Of a DNA stretch of 64,000 nucleotides, positions 48,946 to 59,767 are shown one piece after another; positions within the stretch are counted from its first letter, which is position 1; every line of letters begins with the position of its first letter. The stretch spans positions 2,272,001 to 2,336,000 of the forward strand of contig CAVSBL010000002.1 in assembly GCA_963726255.1 (NCBI GenBank), written 5' to 3'. Both the position numbers and the translations under genes were made by a program. The notes under the pieces were generated by a model. That model worked only from the letters and a program-made list of their open reading frames with translations. It was not told the DNA's origin and did not search any database. This DNA comes from Candidatus Bathyarchaeota archaeon (GTDB taxonomy: Archaea > Thermoproteota > Bathyarchaeia > 40CM-2-53-6).

Positions 48946-50697
48946 ATGACGAAACAACTATCGATTCCTAAACTGACAGCTTTCGTGATCCTCTCCTTGT
49001 TGATGCTTGCGCAAGGAACCTCAACGGGCTTTGCGCACACATCTCCACTTCAGCAAACAAGTACTACGACGACCCTGCATGTTGCGTTGACAATTGAACC
49101 CGATACATTCAACGTTTACACATCTACGCTCGCGATTGAAGACGTTTTCATAAACGCGTTCTACGACACGCTGTACGTTGAAGGATTAGATTACGCGATG
49201 CATCCGAAATTGGCTACGGGCTATACGATTAGCCCCAATGGGACTGTTTGGACGGTCAGTATCGTCCACAATGCCACTTTTTCGGACAATACGCCCGTGA
49301 CAGCAGAAGACGTCAAGTATTCCTATGACCTTGCAGGAATGTCCGAAATAGATCACATGCAAGTGGTCGACAGTTACACATTACAGTTCTACTTCAAAGC
49401 TCCGTATGTCGAAGACTACGTTCTGAGAAGCATCTTTGCAAACTATTACGGAAAGGTGTTGCCTGAGCACATATGGTCCAAAGTGAGCGACCCATACTCA
49501 TACAGAAACAAGGAAGCCATCGGCAGCGGACCCTGGATACTGGACAATTGGGTCGAAGGGCAATACCTCAAGATGAGAGCCAACCCCAACTACTGGGGTG
49601 GAAGACCAAAACTTGACTATGTGATCTTCAATTTCATCCCAAGTTTGGACACCCAAGTACTCTCTCTTGAGAGCGGAACTTCTGACATGATCTACGTGGA
49701 TCCATCATACGTAGCAACACTGATCGGAGTACCAAACATTAACGTGACCATTACCCCTCAGTTAAGAAACAATTACATATCATTCAACCTAAACCGATAC
49801 CCAATCAACGTCAAAGATTTCAGGCATGCTTTAGCTTACGCGCTTGACCCGAATACTCTCGTCCACAACGCTCTGTTCGGGTTCGGGATACCCGGGCAAC
49901 AAGGCTGGGCCACTCCAGGCGACCCTGTATTTTACAATCCGAACATCACACAATACCCATACAGCCTCACAACGGCCAATCAAATTCTTGACAACCTCGG
50001 ATGGAAAATGGGCGCCGATGGAGTACGTTCCACGACCAACGGAACGAAACTCGCGTTTGACCTTCTAACCCCTTCAGATACTCCAACAACTATTCGGATA
50101 GGCGAGTTCATACGAGATCAGTTTGCGAAAATCGGAGTGAAGCTCAACGTTGTGGCCATGACAACAAAAACAATCATCTCCCAAGAGTTCAAAGGGCAAT
50201 ACTCACTTGCTATGATGGGATGGTTCAGCATATCGGTCGAGCCCTCAGTCGATATGAGATGGCACTTCCTCCCCGGTGCATTCTTCAACGTCTACGGATA
50301 TGACAGCCCAGAATTCAATACGCTGTTTGCCGATTACAAAGTTGCACCGACCTTTGCAGACTATCGGAACAAAATCCTCCAGATGCAACAGGTACTCTCC
50401 GACGACCTGCCAATATTGATCTACTCATTCTCACCATCTATAAGCGCCTATAGAACTGACAAATTCCAGGGATGGATCACTCCAGTTATGTCCGACGATA
50501 CACTTCAAGGCGTCTTGAATTGGTATAGTCTACAAAACCTTCACCCTCCGACAGCATCAGAAACTATGACGCAAAGTACAGCTATGCAGCCTACAACCGC
50601 GACTACAATTCCTGACTGGGCATGGTGGGTCGTGGGAATAGTCGTCGTCGCAGCACTAATCGTTGCAGTAGTGTCAAGGCGGAAAAAACGAAGCTGA
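48946..50697 (+). CDS. dppA: Peptide ABC transporter substrate-binding protein (family 5)
   Basis: Signal peptide, TAEDVKYS, IGSGPW, NPNYWG; Thr-rich linker and C-terminal TM anchor. Confidence 0.92.
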   Translation: MTKQLSIPKLTAFVILSLLMLAQGTSTGFAHTSPLQQTSTTTTLHVALTIEPDTFNVYTSTLAIEDVFINAFYDTLYVEGLDYAMHPKLATGYTISPNGTVWTVSIVHNATFSDNTPVTAEDVKYSYDLAGMSEIDHMQVVDSYTLQFYFKAPYVEDYVLRSIFANYYGKVLPEHIWSKVSDPYSYRNKEAIGSGPWILDNWVEGQYLKMRANPNYWGGRPKLDYVIFNFIPSLDTQVLSLESGTSDMIYVDPSYVATLIGVPNINVTITPQLRNNYISFNLNRYPINVKDFRHALAYALDPNTLVHNALFGFGIPGQQGWATPGDPVFYNPNITQYPYSLTTANQILDNLGWKMGADGVRSTTNGTKLAFDLLTPSDTPTTIRIGEFIRDQFAKIGVKLNVVAMTTKTIISQEFKGQYSLAMMGWFSISVEPSVDMRWHFLPGAFFNVYGYDSPEFNTLFADYKVAPTFADYRNKILQMQQVLSDDLPILIYSFSPSISAYRTDKFQGWITPVMSDDTLQGVLNWYSLQNLHPPTASETMTQSTAMQPTTATTIPDWAWWVVGIVVVAALIVAVVSRRKKRS

Positions 50698-50803
50698 ACT
50701 CCAAACAGTATGTGCTACATGCCTCTCATGAAAGGTATTTGGTACATACCCTTTTTCTTCCTTAACCCTGTAAAGGTCTAGAATAGTTGGTGGAGATGCT
50801 TCC

Positions 50804-51778
50804 ATGGGAGCAGCCTCATTCATTCTGAAAAAAGCTCTCATGATGGTCGTGACCTTTTACGTTATATCGACTGTGATTTTTCTCCTTCCTAGGCTTACGC
50901 CGGTTGACCCGAAGAGTCTGTTAGCGGACAATCCGAGAATACCGGAAAGTATTCGCCAAAATCTAATTGCATCCTTCGGTCTCAACAAACCGTTGATTGA
51001 TCAATACGTAAGCTTCTACGCGAACTTGTTCAGGGGCAACCTAGGATACTCGTTCTTGTACCGTGATCCCGTGGTCACGGTTCTACTAACAAGACTTCCG
51101 TGGACGATTTTGCTTCTGGGCACATCAACTGCGATTTTCATTGCGCTTGGCATCGTCATCGGGGTGCTCCAAGCCTCTAGGTACGGAAGCAAGTTCGACG
51201 TAGCTACCTTGGTGACGTCGCTCGCCGCAAGTTCATTCCCATTCTTCTTCGTCGGAATGATTTTCATATACCTATTTGCGTTTGTTATGCCGATTTTCCC
51301 AACCTTTGGAGCAATGTCGCCAGGAGTGACCTTTGCGGCCCCCTTGGACATGCTGAAGGACATTGGTTGGCACCTAGTGCTTCCTGCGATCACCATCGTG
51401 ATCGTTAACATCTCGAGGTACTCATTCTACCTAAGGAACATCATGGTTGGAGTCCTATCAGAGGACTACATCATAACTGCAAGAGCCAAGGGTCTAAGCA
51501 ACACGAAAGTTCTCTTCAAACACGGTCTCCGGAACGCGATGTTGCCAACGATGACCATGATGGCCATGGATTTCGGATTCATACTCGCAGGCGGAATCTT
51601 TGTAGAGACTGTGTTTTCCTACCCAGGTGTAGGGAGCCTAGCTTACGAGGCCATCTTGAATGCCGACTATCCCCTAATGAATGGCGAATTCATTCTTCTC
51701 TCACTAGTGATACTGGCTGCAAACTTCACTGCTGATGCACTCTACTCGGTTCTGGATCCTAGAATCAAGAAGGGGTAG
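50804..51778 (+). CDS. dppB: Peptide ABC transporter permease
   Basis: GNLGYS, DYIITARAKG, ETVFSYPG, LDPRI. Confidence 0.93.
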   Translation: MGAASFILKKALMMVVTFYVISTVIFLLPRLTPVDPKSLLADNPRIPESIRQNLIASFGLNKPLIDQYVSFYANLFRGNLGYSFLYRDPVVTVLLTRLPWTILLLGTSTAIFIALGIVIGVLQASRYGSKFDVATLVTSLAASSFPFFFVGMIFIYLFAFVMPIFPTFGAMSPGVTFAAPLDMLKDIGWHLVLPAITIVIVNISRYSFYLRNIMVGVLSEDYIITARAKGLSNTKVLFKHGLRNAMLPTMTMMAMDFGFILAGGIFVETVFSYPGVGSLAYEAILNADYPLMNGEFILLSLVILAANFTADALYSVLDPRIKKG

Positions 51779-51786
51779 GGAAGATC

Positions 51787-52686
51787 ATGGCTAAGAACAA
51801 AAACCAGTTAAGTCGAATTCACCACATTCGAGATGAACTCTCAGGATTCTGGAAATCTTACCGCAGAAGCAAACTGGGCCTTGCCGGACTAGTATTATTC
51901 GTGGTTATTGTAGCAGTTGCTTTGACTGCTCCAATCATAGCCCCCTACGATCCATTTAGCCGCGTAGGGCCTCCCTTCGGCGCACCGAGTTTCAGCCATA
52001 TTCTTGGGACGAACGACGCAGGCCAAGACATATTCAGTGAGCTCTTGTACGGTACAAGAACATCTCTCCTTGTTGGGATATCTGCCGCTCTAATAGTTTC
52101 AGCACTTGGCACCCTCGTCGGCCTTGTTGCAGGCTATTCTGGCGGAATGGTTGAGAGCACTTTGATGCGAATTACTGACATATTCCTACTTGTTCCTGAC
52201 CTGCCATTCATAATGATTCTCGCTCTCTACCTAGGTCCAAGCGTGTGGAACATAGTCTTAGCAATTGGCATACTCTGGTGGAGCGGAACTGCAAGAGTGA
52301 TCAGGTCAATTGTTTTGACAATAAAGGAAGAGCCCTTCACCGAAGCCGCAAGAGCGATTGGCGCGAGCAACACGCACATAATGCTATCTGAGATTTTGCC
52401 GCATACGATTCCGGTTATAATCGTTGGCGTGATCAGGTTCACAGGGTTCGGAGTCCTATACGAGGCTGGACTGAGCTTCCTCGGCCTAGGAGACCCAACC
52501 GCGAAGAGCTGGGGGACAATGCTTCATTTCGCCCAATCCCGCGGAGCCTTCGTGAGGGGTATGTGGTGGTGGTTTATGCCTCCGGGGTTGTGCATCTCTC
52601 TAACTATCATCAGTTTTACGTTGATTTCATTCTCGCTAGACCGAATCCTGAATCCCAAAATGAGAGGAATGGGAAGAGGCAGCTAA
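51787..52686 (+). CDS. dppC: Peptide ABC transporter permease
   Basis: HILGTNDAGQD, EAARAIGA, LSFLGLG, SWG. Confidence 0.93.
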   Translation: MAKNKNQLSRIHHIRDELSGFWKSYRRSKLGLAGLVLFVVIVAVALTAPIIAPYDPFSRVGPPFGAPSFSHILGTNDAGQDIFSELLYGTRTSLLVGISAALIVSALGTLVGLVAGYSGGMVESTLMRITDIFLLVPDLPFIMILALYLGPSVWNIVLAIGILWWSGTARVIRSIVLTIKEEPFTEAARAIGASNTHIMLSEILPHTIPVIIVGVIRFTGFGVLYEAGLSFLGLGDPTAKSWGTMLHFAQSRGAFVRGMWWWFMPPGLCISLTIISFTLISFSLDRILNPKMRGMGRGS

Positions 52687-52690
52687 TTCA

Positions 52691-53674
52691 ATGGCTTTAT
52701 TGGAAATCAAGCAACTCAAGACCTCTTATTTCACTCCAGAAGGAACGGTGAGGGCCGTAGACGGAGTCAGTCTCAAACTCGAAAAAGGACACGCACTGGG
52801 ATTGGTTGGAGAGTCCGGCTGCGGTAAGACAACTGTTGCGCTATCAGCAATGAAACTGCTCCCCTCAAATGCGAGGATTACCGGGGGAGAGATCATGTTC
52901 AACGGAGAAAACTTGGCGGCGAAGACCGATGACGAAATGAACAAGATCCGGTGGAAAGAAATGTCGCTGATTTTCCAGGGCGCCATGAACGCGTTGAACC
53001 CCGTTTTCAAAGTTGGAGACCAAATCGTCGAAGCAATAAGGACTCACAATAGGAACATGACTAAGGGCGAGGCGGAAAAGAGAACACGAGAGCTACTGGA
53101 ACTGGTCGGGGTAGACCCCTCAAGGGCACAGGACTATCCGCACGAATTCAGTGGAGGGATGAAGCAGAGAGCAGTAATCGCGATGGCCCTCTCCTGCGAT
53201 CCGGATGTCTTAGTAGCGGACGAACCGACAACAGCACTAGATGTCATCACTCAAGGACGAATCTTGGAGCTGATAAGAGATTTGCAAGCCAAACTCGGGC
53301 TTTCAATGATCGTCATCACACACGATTTGTCACTCACTGCTGAGATATGCACCGAAATTGCAATTATGTACGCGGGGAGGGTCGCTGAGTTCGGGAAGAC
53401 AAGTGACATTTATGATGAGCCAATGCATCCCTACACCAACGCTCTCCTAGGAGCTTTTCCAAGCATTCTAGGCCCGATTAGAAAGATGGAGACCCTTGCT
53501 GGGTTTCCACCCGACTTACGCAACCCTCCGACAGGTTGCAGGCTCTTTCCAAGATGCCCATACGCGGAAAGCCGATGCGAAGAAAGAGAACCTGAACTGG
53601 AAGAGGTCAAGCAGGGGCATTTCGTAGCCTGCTACAACTGGGGACTAGTGAAGCAATCATGGAAGAAACCCTAG
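52691..53674 (+). CDS. dppD: Peptide ABC transporter ATP-binding protein
   Basis: GESGCGKT, FSGGMKQR, DEPTT, C-terminal Cys cluster. Confidence 0.94.
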   Translation: MALLEIKQLKTSYFTPEGTVRAVDGVSLKLEKGHALGLVGESGCGKTTVALSAMKLLPSNARITGGEIMFNGENLAAKTDDEMNKIRWKEMSLIFQGAMNALNPVFKVGDQIVEAIRTHNRNMTKGEAEKRTRELLELVGVDPSRAQDYPHEFSGGMKQRAVIAMALSCDPDVLVADEPTTALDVITQGRILELIRDLQAKLGLSMIVITHDLSLTAEICTEIAIMYAGRVAEFGKTSDIYDEPMHPYTNALLGAFPSILGPIRKMETLAGFPPDLRNPPTGCRLFPRCPYAESRCEEREPELEEVKQGHFVACYNWGLVKQSWKKP

Positions 53675-54645
53675 AAGTTCAAGACCTTCAGAAACGGTTT
53701 CCAGTGAGTCGAGGAATCTCCCTATTTGGTGGGGAAAAACTCTGGGTGCGCACAGTAAATCGCGTAAGCTTCACGATTAAGAGGGACGAAATTATGGGCC
53801 TGGCCGGGGAAAGCGGTTGTGGCAAGACGACAACTGGACGAACGGTGCTCAAACTTTTTGAACCCACGGGCGGGAAAATTCTCTTCGAAGGGCATGACAT
53901 AACGAACCTGAAACCCAGCGAGATGAAGCAGTATCGTCCGTACATGCAGATGGTGTTTCAAGATCCCTACAGGTCTTTGAACCCTCGGAAAAACGTGATG
54001 GACATCTTATCGCTTCCAATCGACACTCACGGACTTGCCAAGAGCAGGTCAGAGAAACTAGACATGATAATGAAGGTTCTAGCAGAGGTGAAACTGCATC
54101 CGCCCGAGCGTTATGTGTACAAGTATCCTCATGAGCTGAGCGGCGGGGAAAGACAGCGGGTTGCCCTAGCTAGAGTACTTGTTCTCAGACCGAGGCTGAT
54201 AGTTGCGGATGAACCCGTATCCATGTTAGATGCGCTCGTGAGAATCGGCGTGCTTGATCTGCTCCTAGACCTGAAGAAGAAAACAGGTTTTGCTTGTCTC
54301 TTCATAACACATGATCTAGCGCTGGCTCGTTACACTTGCGATCGGATCGGAATAATGTATCTTGGAAAGATTATCGAAATAGGCTCAAAGGACGCTGTAA
54401 TCGGTAACCCGGCCCATCCTTACACGAAAGCTTTGATTTCAGCAGTTCCCGTCCCGAATCCATCTGCAAGAAAAGTGCAACTCAAAGTAGAAGGCGACGT
54501 GCCCAGCCCCATAAACATACCTTCCGGATGTCCGTTCCATCCGAGATGCCCATACGCAGATGATCGCTGTCGTAAAGAAGAGCAGCAATTGGTTAGCATA
54601 GACGCAGACCACTACGTAGCCTGCTACAAACACAATTTCATTTGA
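53659..54645 (+). CDS. dppF: Peptide ABC transporter ATP-binding protein
   Basis: GESGCGKT, LSGGERQR, DEPVS, CPFHPRC. Confidence 0.94.
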   Translation: MEETLEVQDLQKRFPVSRGISLFGGEKLWVRTVNRVSFTIKRDEIMGLAGESGCGKTTTGRTVLKLFEPTGGKILFEGHDITNLKPSEMKQYRPYMQMVFQDPYRSLNPRKNVMDILSLPIDTHGLAKSRSEKLDMIMKVLAEVKLHPPERYVYKYPHELSGGERQRVALARVLVLRPRLIVADEPVSMLDALVRIGVLDLLLDLKKKTGFACLFITHDLALARYTCDRIGIMYLGKIIEIGSKDAVIGNPAHPYTKALISAVPVPNPSARKVQLKVEGDVPSPINIPSGCPFHPRCPYADDRCRKEEQQLVSIDADHYVACYKHNFI

Positions 54646-54760
54646 TGCTTCTTTTGTGCTCGTTATCACCTCTTGTTACCAGTAGGTCACCAACGTCTGT
54701 CAGTTAGTTCTCACGCGGTGGAAGACGGCTCGACGCCGAAGAATGACGCAAAGGCACAAG

Positions 54761-55921
54761 CTATTGTAATGCATACTTCTTGAAAGCTACCTTGCAAGGA
54801 TTATCACGTGTGATGTGAATCTCTCTCTTTCCGGGAGAGAACACCATCGAGTCCATAGTTTTCATGGCCATTTCAGGAGGCAGGTCTTCGTTTGGATGAG
54901 TACAGATTGAAGTAGGGTAGCTGACATGATCCTTTAGGAATTCGAAGCATGTGTCGACTTTGATTCTTCCAAAATTCTTGTTGAGGAGCTTGTTCATCCT
55001 GTTACACCGGACTATGGTGCCGGCTCTCTGTGGAACGACCCGATCCCCAGAAGTATTCCTAGCCAAGTAGTGATTTGCGTGGGCAAAGCATTTGTCCACA
55101 TAAAAGTAGTTATAACTCTTGGCGGTTGTTTCAATATCGTAACATTCCCCATTTTCATCCGCTATTAGATAATTCGCGCCGCCTCCTCTCTGCGGCGTAA
55201 TTACCGCATTAATTGCTTCTCCAATATTCTTAGACCCAAGCACGCCCCTGGTGATTACGGAAAACGGCACACCAACCGTAAAGTCTCCGTCGCTCGTTGC
55301 GTTTATGCACAGACCTATTCCCTTCGAATTCAACCCCACGAACGCTGGGCAGCCCATAATATTCAGAGTTAGGAACTCAACACCGGAATCTGTCCTCATC
55401 TTCATCAGGAAATCAAATTCGTCAAGGTTCGGATGCAAACTGCCGTCATTGTTTTGCCCTATGATCGTCTCACCCTTTTCGGTGGCTTCTCCGGTCGCAC
55501 AAAATGAGGTGCACCCCGCGGGTCTGCCGTATCTTGAGGCTCTTGCAGAGGCGTAATAGAATTGAAGCTCATTGAATGAGGTTAGGAGGGTTATTTCCTC
55601 GAGTTTTCGTTTTGATCCTTCGCTTAGCCCTTTCAATTCCTGAGCAATTTCACCAGAATAATCCTCGATGTAGGGCCAGAATTTGCTAGCAGTCTTGAGT
55701 ATCTCATCCTTCGAGAGATTCGCCGCGTCCTTGTAGAAGGAAAGGCTGCGGTTGATCATTTCTGAGATATCTTGCGCAAACTTTTCCCCGTATTGAAAGC
55801 CTCTTTCGTGAGCGGAGCCAGTAAATTCAATAATTCCGAAATCGGGATGCCGAGTATCAATCATAGTTGTCAGGGCGTCCTGGATGTTCTCGTTGTATGA
55901 AGCGAGGCTAGGCATAAACAC
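54761..55921 (-). CDS. C45 family Ntn-hydrolase
   Basis: RGFQYG, ELKGLSEG, GCTSF, GQNND, HANH, SICTH. Confidence 0.88.
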   Translation of the reverse strand: MFMPSLASYNENIQDALTTMIDTRHPDFGIIEFTGSAHERGFQYGEKFAQDISEMINRSLSFYKDAANLSKDEILKTASKFWPYIEDYSGEIAQELKGLSEGSKRKLEEITLLTSFNELQFYYASARASRYGRPAGCTSFCATGEATEKGETIIGQNNDGSLHPNLDEFDFLMKMRTDSGVEFLTLNIMGCPAFVGLNSKGIGLCINATSDGDFTVGVPFSVITRGVLGSKNIGEAINAVITPQRGGGANYLIADENGECYDIETTAKSYNYFYVDKCFAHANHYLARNTSGDRVVPQRAGTIVRCNRMNKLLNKNFGRIKVDTCFEFLKDHVSYPTSICTHPNEDLPPEMAMKTMDSMVFSPGKREIHITRDNPCKVAFKKYALQ

Positions 55922-55944
55922 TTTCTTACATTACCGGTGCACGT

Positions 55945-56304
55945 TCAGATTCTCGCGAGCTTTCGTCGTGTACGCTCATTCCGCACGTTGCCCGTATTCA
56001 ATGTGGACGCCGGTTCAAACAGAAGAATCTGCGCTTCTTCTTCGGCAACGGGTCTGTGGTCCAAGCCGCGCTTAACGACAATGAACTCCCCTTGCTCAAC
56101 CCAAAGATGCCTATTCCGAAACTCCATCCGGAATCTTCCCTTGACGACTAAGAACATCTCGTCTTCCTTATCGTGGCGATGCCAGATGAACTTACCCTTG
56201 AGCTTGACAAGCTTTACCTGCTGCCCATTCAGATCGGCGGCGACGCAGGGCTTCCAATATTCTCGGATCTGCTTGAATTCCTCCGCGACGTTTACTTTCT
56301 TCAC
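55945..56304 (-). CDS. Cupin domain protein
   Basis: FIWHRHDKEDE, HRP, NTG. Confidence 0.9.
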   Translation of the reverse strand: MKKVNVAEEFKQIREYWKPCVAADLNGQQVKLVKLKGKFIWHRHDKEDEMFLVVKGRFRMEFRNRHLWVEQGEFIVVKRGLDHRPVAEEEAQILLFEPASTLNTGNVRNERTRRKLARI

Positions 56305-56451
56305 AAGTCTACCTTCTATTGATTCAGTTGCCTGCGAGATTTCGGAGCAAAACTCTGTGAATTCAATTCGATTGCGAGCCGACTAGCCAACTGAATTCAT
56401 GACGCACACTAATGATTGCGTTTACAACAATTTGCATGTAATTCAAATCGG

Positions 56452-57819
56452 TCATGTTCCTATGATATCTGGCATTATTCGTGGTTTCGATTCCCCCTTG
56501 TAATCTGTGAATTGTGTTAGCATTTCCATGAAGCGCTGCACGTCCGCCTCGTTGCTTGCGATTCCGAGCGATGCTCGGAGTGCTCCGACTGGTTTGTCAT
56601 TCATGCAAGACGAGAATTGTTGAAGTGAGAAGTTTTCAGGGGAAAGTGAGTCGAAGCACTGGTATGCTCTCACTGCGGGATATTGAAATGCTGCTTCGGC
56701 TGCCCCGGGATTGCAGAAGCAGCCTGTTCGAATCGAAATCTTTTCCTTAATGGCGCGTTCTTCGATGAGCCTGTAGTCTAATTCTTTATCAGTTGGGGTC
56801 AGCATGTTCAGAGCTATCGTTGCTCCGCGACGTTCGTTTGTCGTTGGCCCATAAATCTTGATAAGCGGAGTGCCATTGGAATTTCGCTGTTCCTGTAGTT
56901 TCTTGAGCAGAAGTGCGTTGAGCCTCGTTACATGGTCATTTATGCGCTGCATACCAACTTGATTCAGAAAATTAAGACCCATCGTGACGGCGGGTATACT
57001 GAGGAAGCTAGGAGTTCCATCCTCGTGAGCTTGACTGGATGTCTTGAGCAGATGGACACTATTTTGGGCCGATACGAATCGCACTGTTCCGCCCCCGAAC
57101 CAAGGTCGACATAGTTCGCGCAACGCTTCGCGTTTCGCTATCAGCGCTCCAACGCCTGTTGGGAAACCAAACATCTTGTAAAAGGAAATCACGATGAACT
57201 CCGGCTTCACTTCTTGAAGGTTCAAGACGCTGGTAGGCACGTACGCCGCTGCATCGAGCAAGACATCGTAGCCCTCCTCCTGCGCAACTTGAATCCAGTT
57301 TAACGGATGTTTGACTCCTGAGAAATTCGATTGCGCCGGATACGCGAACAAGTTGTGCTTGGATCGATTGGGCTCGGGGAGGGATAGGGTCTCTATCCGC
57401 ATTTGGGCGTCTACCGGAAGGTAAGTCACTGTTGCTCCTCTGGCTTTCGCGAATTCACGGATTCCGTTCACTGAATTGTGGTTGTCCGATGTGAGGGCGA
57501 GGTGCGATCCCGGTGTGAATGGGTAGCTTTCGCCAACCAGCTTGAGTCCTCCGCTCGCATTTAGAGTGAAGATGACCAAGTATTCGTCTGGCGGAGCGTT
57601 GAAGAAGTTCAGGATGGAGGTTCGGGCAGTGTCAATGTCATGAGTGCTGGCTGTGGAAGCAGGACTTAGCGAATGCGGGTTACCATATATGGCACCCGTG
57701 AGCCACTGGTTGTACTCACGTATGAGCGATTCGGGATACAATCCTGACCCGGTATAGTCCAAGTACACTTGACCAGTTGCGTCTAATCGTGAGAATTCTG
57801 TTTTCCGAAGATGCTGCAT
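56452..57819 (-). CDS. Class V PLP enzyme, molybdenum cofactor sulfurase (MOCOS)-like
   Basis: YLDYTG, HNSVNGIRE, AQSNFSG, SFYKMFGFPTG, RTGCFCNPG. Confidence 0.85.
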   Translation of the reverse strand: MQHLRKTEFSRLDATGQVYLDYTGSGLYPESLIREYNQWLTGAIYGNPHSLSPASTASTHDIDTARTSILNFFNAPPDEYLVIFTLNASGGLKLVGESYPFTPGSHLALTSDNHNSVNGIREFAKARGATVTYLPVDAQMRIETLSLPEPNRSKHNLFAYPAQSNFSGVKHPLNWIQVAQEEGYDVLLDAAAYVPTSVLNLQEVKPEFIVISFYKMFGFPTGVGALIAKREALRELCRPWFGGGTVRFVSAQNSVHLLKTSSQAHEDGTPSFLSIPAVTMGLNFLNQVGMQRINDHVTRLNALLLKKLQEQRNSNGTPLIKIYGPTTNERRGATIALNMLTPTDKELDYRLIEERAIKEKISIRTGCFCNPGAAEAAFQYPAVRAYQCFDSLSPENFSLQQFSSCMNDKPVGALRASLGIASNEADVQRFMEMLTQFTDYKGESKPRIMPDIIGT

Positions 57820-57984
57820 TGAAGCAACCTCCCACGGTTATGTCCACGCAGAATGCTCGTATAAGCCATTAGGCGATCAATCCATGATGAGATTGGCCCT
57901 TTTGGAAACGAGCCGAATCAATCTTTCTTAAACCTGGGGTCGACATCCTTGGTGGGCATCAAATGGCGGGTTCCCAGATTTTTT

Positions 57985-58695
57985 CTAGTCCTCAGGAAGC
58001 TGGTACCATCTCTTCTTCTCGCCAAGTCTAGCGCGTAACTTCCATTTCGTTGTCTTGGCCGTTGCCTCAATCTGGGTCAATAACGCATCGCATCGTTTGA
58101 TAACAGTAGAGCGCATGGCGTCGTCTTGGCTGAGTTTGTCCAGATTTCTTAGGACTCTGTTGAGGTTCATTGTGAAAGTCTTGTAGATGCCCCAATCGTT
58201 GGAGCACAAGTCTGCGATGTATTTGCTGTTGATCTTCTCTGGACGGTCGTCGTTTGCAAGTTCATGGTCATTCAGGAGGCAGATCATGTCCTTGACATCT
58301 TTTTCGTTCAGCTCGGCAATTTGGAGTTTGGTCATTAGGAGATCAGTTAGCGGGATCGTTGGGTAGTCCAGCTCTAGTCGGCCGCGCAGGTCCAGCTTAT
58401 GGGACATGGAGAGGACGTCAAGGAAGACGTCGATTCGTAGCTTATCCTTTCCGAAGAATAGCAGGCGCTCCGAGCCGTGGAGCAAATTGAAGTCCTCATC
58501 GCCAGAGTAGCCGAGTTTCTCGAATAGTCGCATGATTTGCTGGGATTGTGAAGAATAGCCAACGAAATCTATGTCCGTCAAAGCCCTGGGGATGACTTGG
58601 GCACGTGCGCTTTGACTGTGGATTCTGGTGGCGATGGATCCTATTAAGCGGAGTATTACATCGTTCGCCTTCGCTGTGTCTAGGACTAATTGCAT
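57985..58695 (-). CDS. Pol-beta superfamily nucleotidyltransferase-like protein
   Basis: IGSIA...DIDF and RIDVF. Confidence 0.7.
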   Translation of the reverse strand: MQLVLDTAKANDVILRLIGSIATRIHSQSARAQVIPRALTDIDFVGYSSQSQQIMRLFEKLGYSGDEDFNLLHGSERLLFFGKDKLRIDVFLDVLSMSHKLDLRGRLELDYPTIPLTDLLMTKLQIAELNEKDVKDMICLLNDHELANDDRPEKINSKYIADLCSNDWGIYKTFTMNLNRVLRNLDKLSQDDAMRSTVIKRCDALLTQIEATAKTTKWKLRARLGEKKRWYQLPED

Positions 58696-58730
58696 ATTCC
58701 CGAGAAAATCTTGTTCCGTTATCAGTTGCT

Positions 58731-59702
58731 TTAGCCTTCTACTCGGTAGAATTCTCGAATGCTTTTCTCGTCAAGGTCGACGACATACCCTCTCAGTATA
58801 CCCTCGGTGTACTCGCTTCCAGGGTTTACGCAGAGTGTTTTGCCAATGAACGTGTCTCCACCTGATTCATGTATGTGCCCGAATAAGCCCAACTTCGGTT
58901 GATATTTCTCAATAATCTTACGAACCGCGGTGCTACCTACCGGAATCCGCATGAATTCTCCGCCGACCAAGACTGGCTGAAGTTGCTCGTTGAGCTTCGG
59001 GGCTACGTCAAGCCCGGAGTCATAGGGGGGAACGTGCAGATTCAAAACGCAGTTCTTCACGTTCTTTACGCCGGCAACCATTCCCTCTAGCATGCTCTCA
59101 AGTTGTTCCTCAGTGTATTCGCCAGGTGTCTTCCAGGGCGTGTGGTTGCTCGCTCCTGAACTTATCATCTCGTGAACTCCATCGAGAACAACAACCTCGT
59201 TCTCGGGGTTCTTGACATACTTGGATGAGCGAATTACGTCACCGCATTTGGGGTCATCATCGTTTCCAGGTAACATGAAGAACTGGGTTCTCAAGCCTGC
59301 CAATCGTTCATCCGCAAGTCTCATCCATTCCTGCATTCGTTCGAGAATGAGTCGGTTGATTAGGGCATCGAATTTGGGACGGTTTGTCCTGAGTTCTTCC
59401 ACTTCCTGCGGTTCTGTAGGATGGGGATAGAATCCGGAGTTCTCAATTAGCTTTCGCATGTCAGCAACTTCTTCACTAGTTTTCATCACGTGATCTTTTT
59501 CTAGAAAGTTGCAGGTATAGTCGCCGTTCGCTTGTTTAACCATTGGGATAATCCTTTTGCCAGTCAGGTCTCCGCCTATGATTACGATGTTCGCTTTGTA
59601 GACATCTAATTTCGCGACATTCAGAGCCTTCTTGAAGCATACGTTTGATGCGTGAATGTCGCAACAATAGTAGATACGGGTCTTTTGCATTACCACTGCC
59701 AC
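58731..59702 (-). CDS. Calcineurin-like metallophosphoesterase
   Basis: DIH, GGDL, PGNDD, HVPP, GHIHE. Confidence 0.9.
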   Translation of the reverse strand: MAVVMQKTRIYYCCDIHASNVCFKKALNVAKLDVYKANIVIIGGDLTGKRIIPMVKQANGDYTCNFLEKDHVMKTSEEVADMRKLIENSGFYPHPTEPQEVEELRTNRPKFDALINRLILERMQEWMRLADERLAGLRTQFFMLPGNDDDPKCGDVIRSSKYVKNPENEVVVLDGVHEMISSGASNHTPWKTPGEYTEEQLESMLEGMVAGVKNVKNCVLNLHVPPYDSGLDVAPKLNEQLQPVLVGGEFMRIPVGSTAVRKIIEKYQPKLGLFGHIHESGGDTFIGKTLCVNPGSEYTEGILRGYVVDLDEKSIREFYRVEG

Positions 59703-59767
59703 ACTATGATGTTTTCGTCAGTAGAGAAAAAAAGGGCGGTAAAAAAAGGTGAGGGAAGGCGAAGCGG

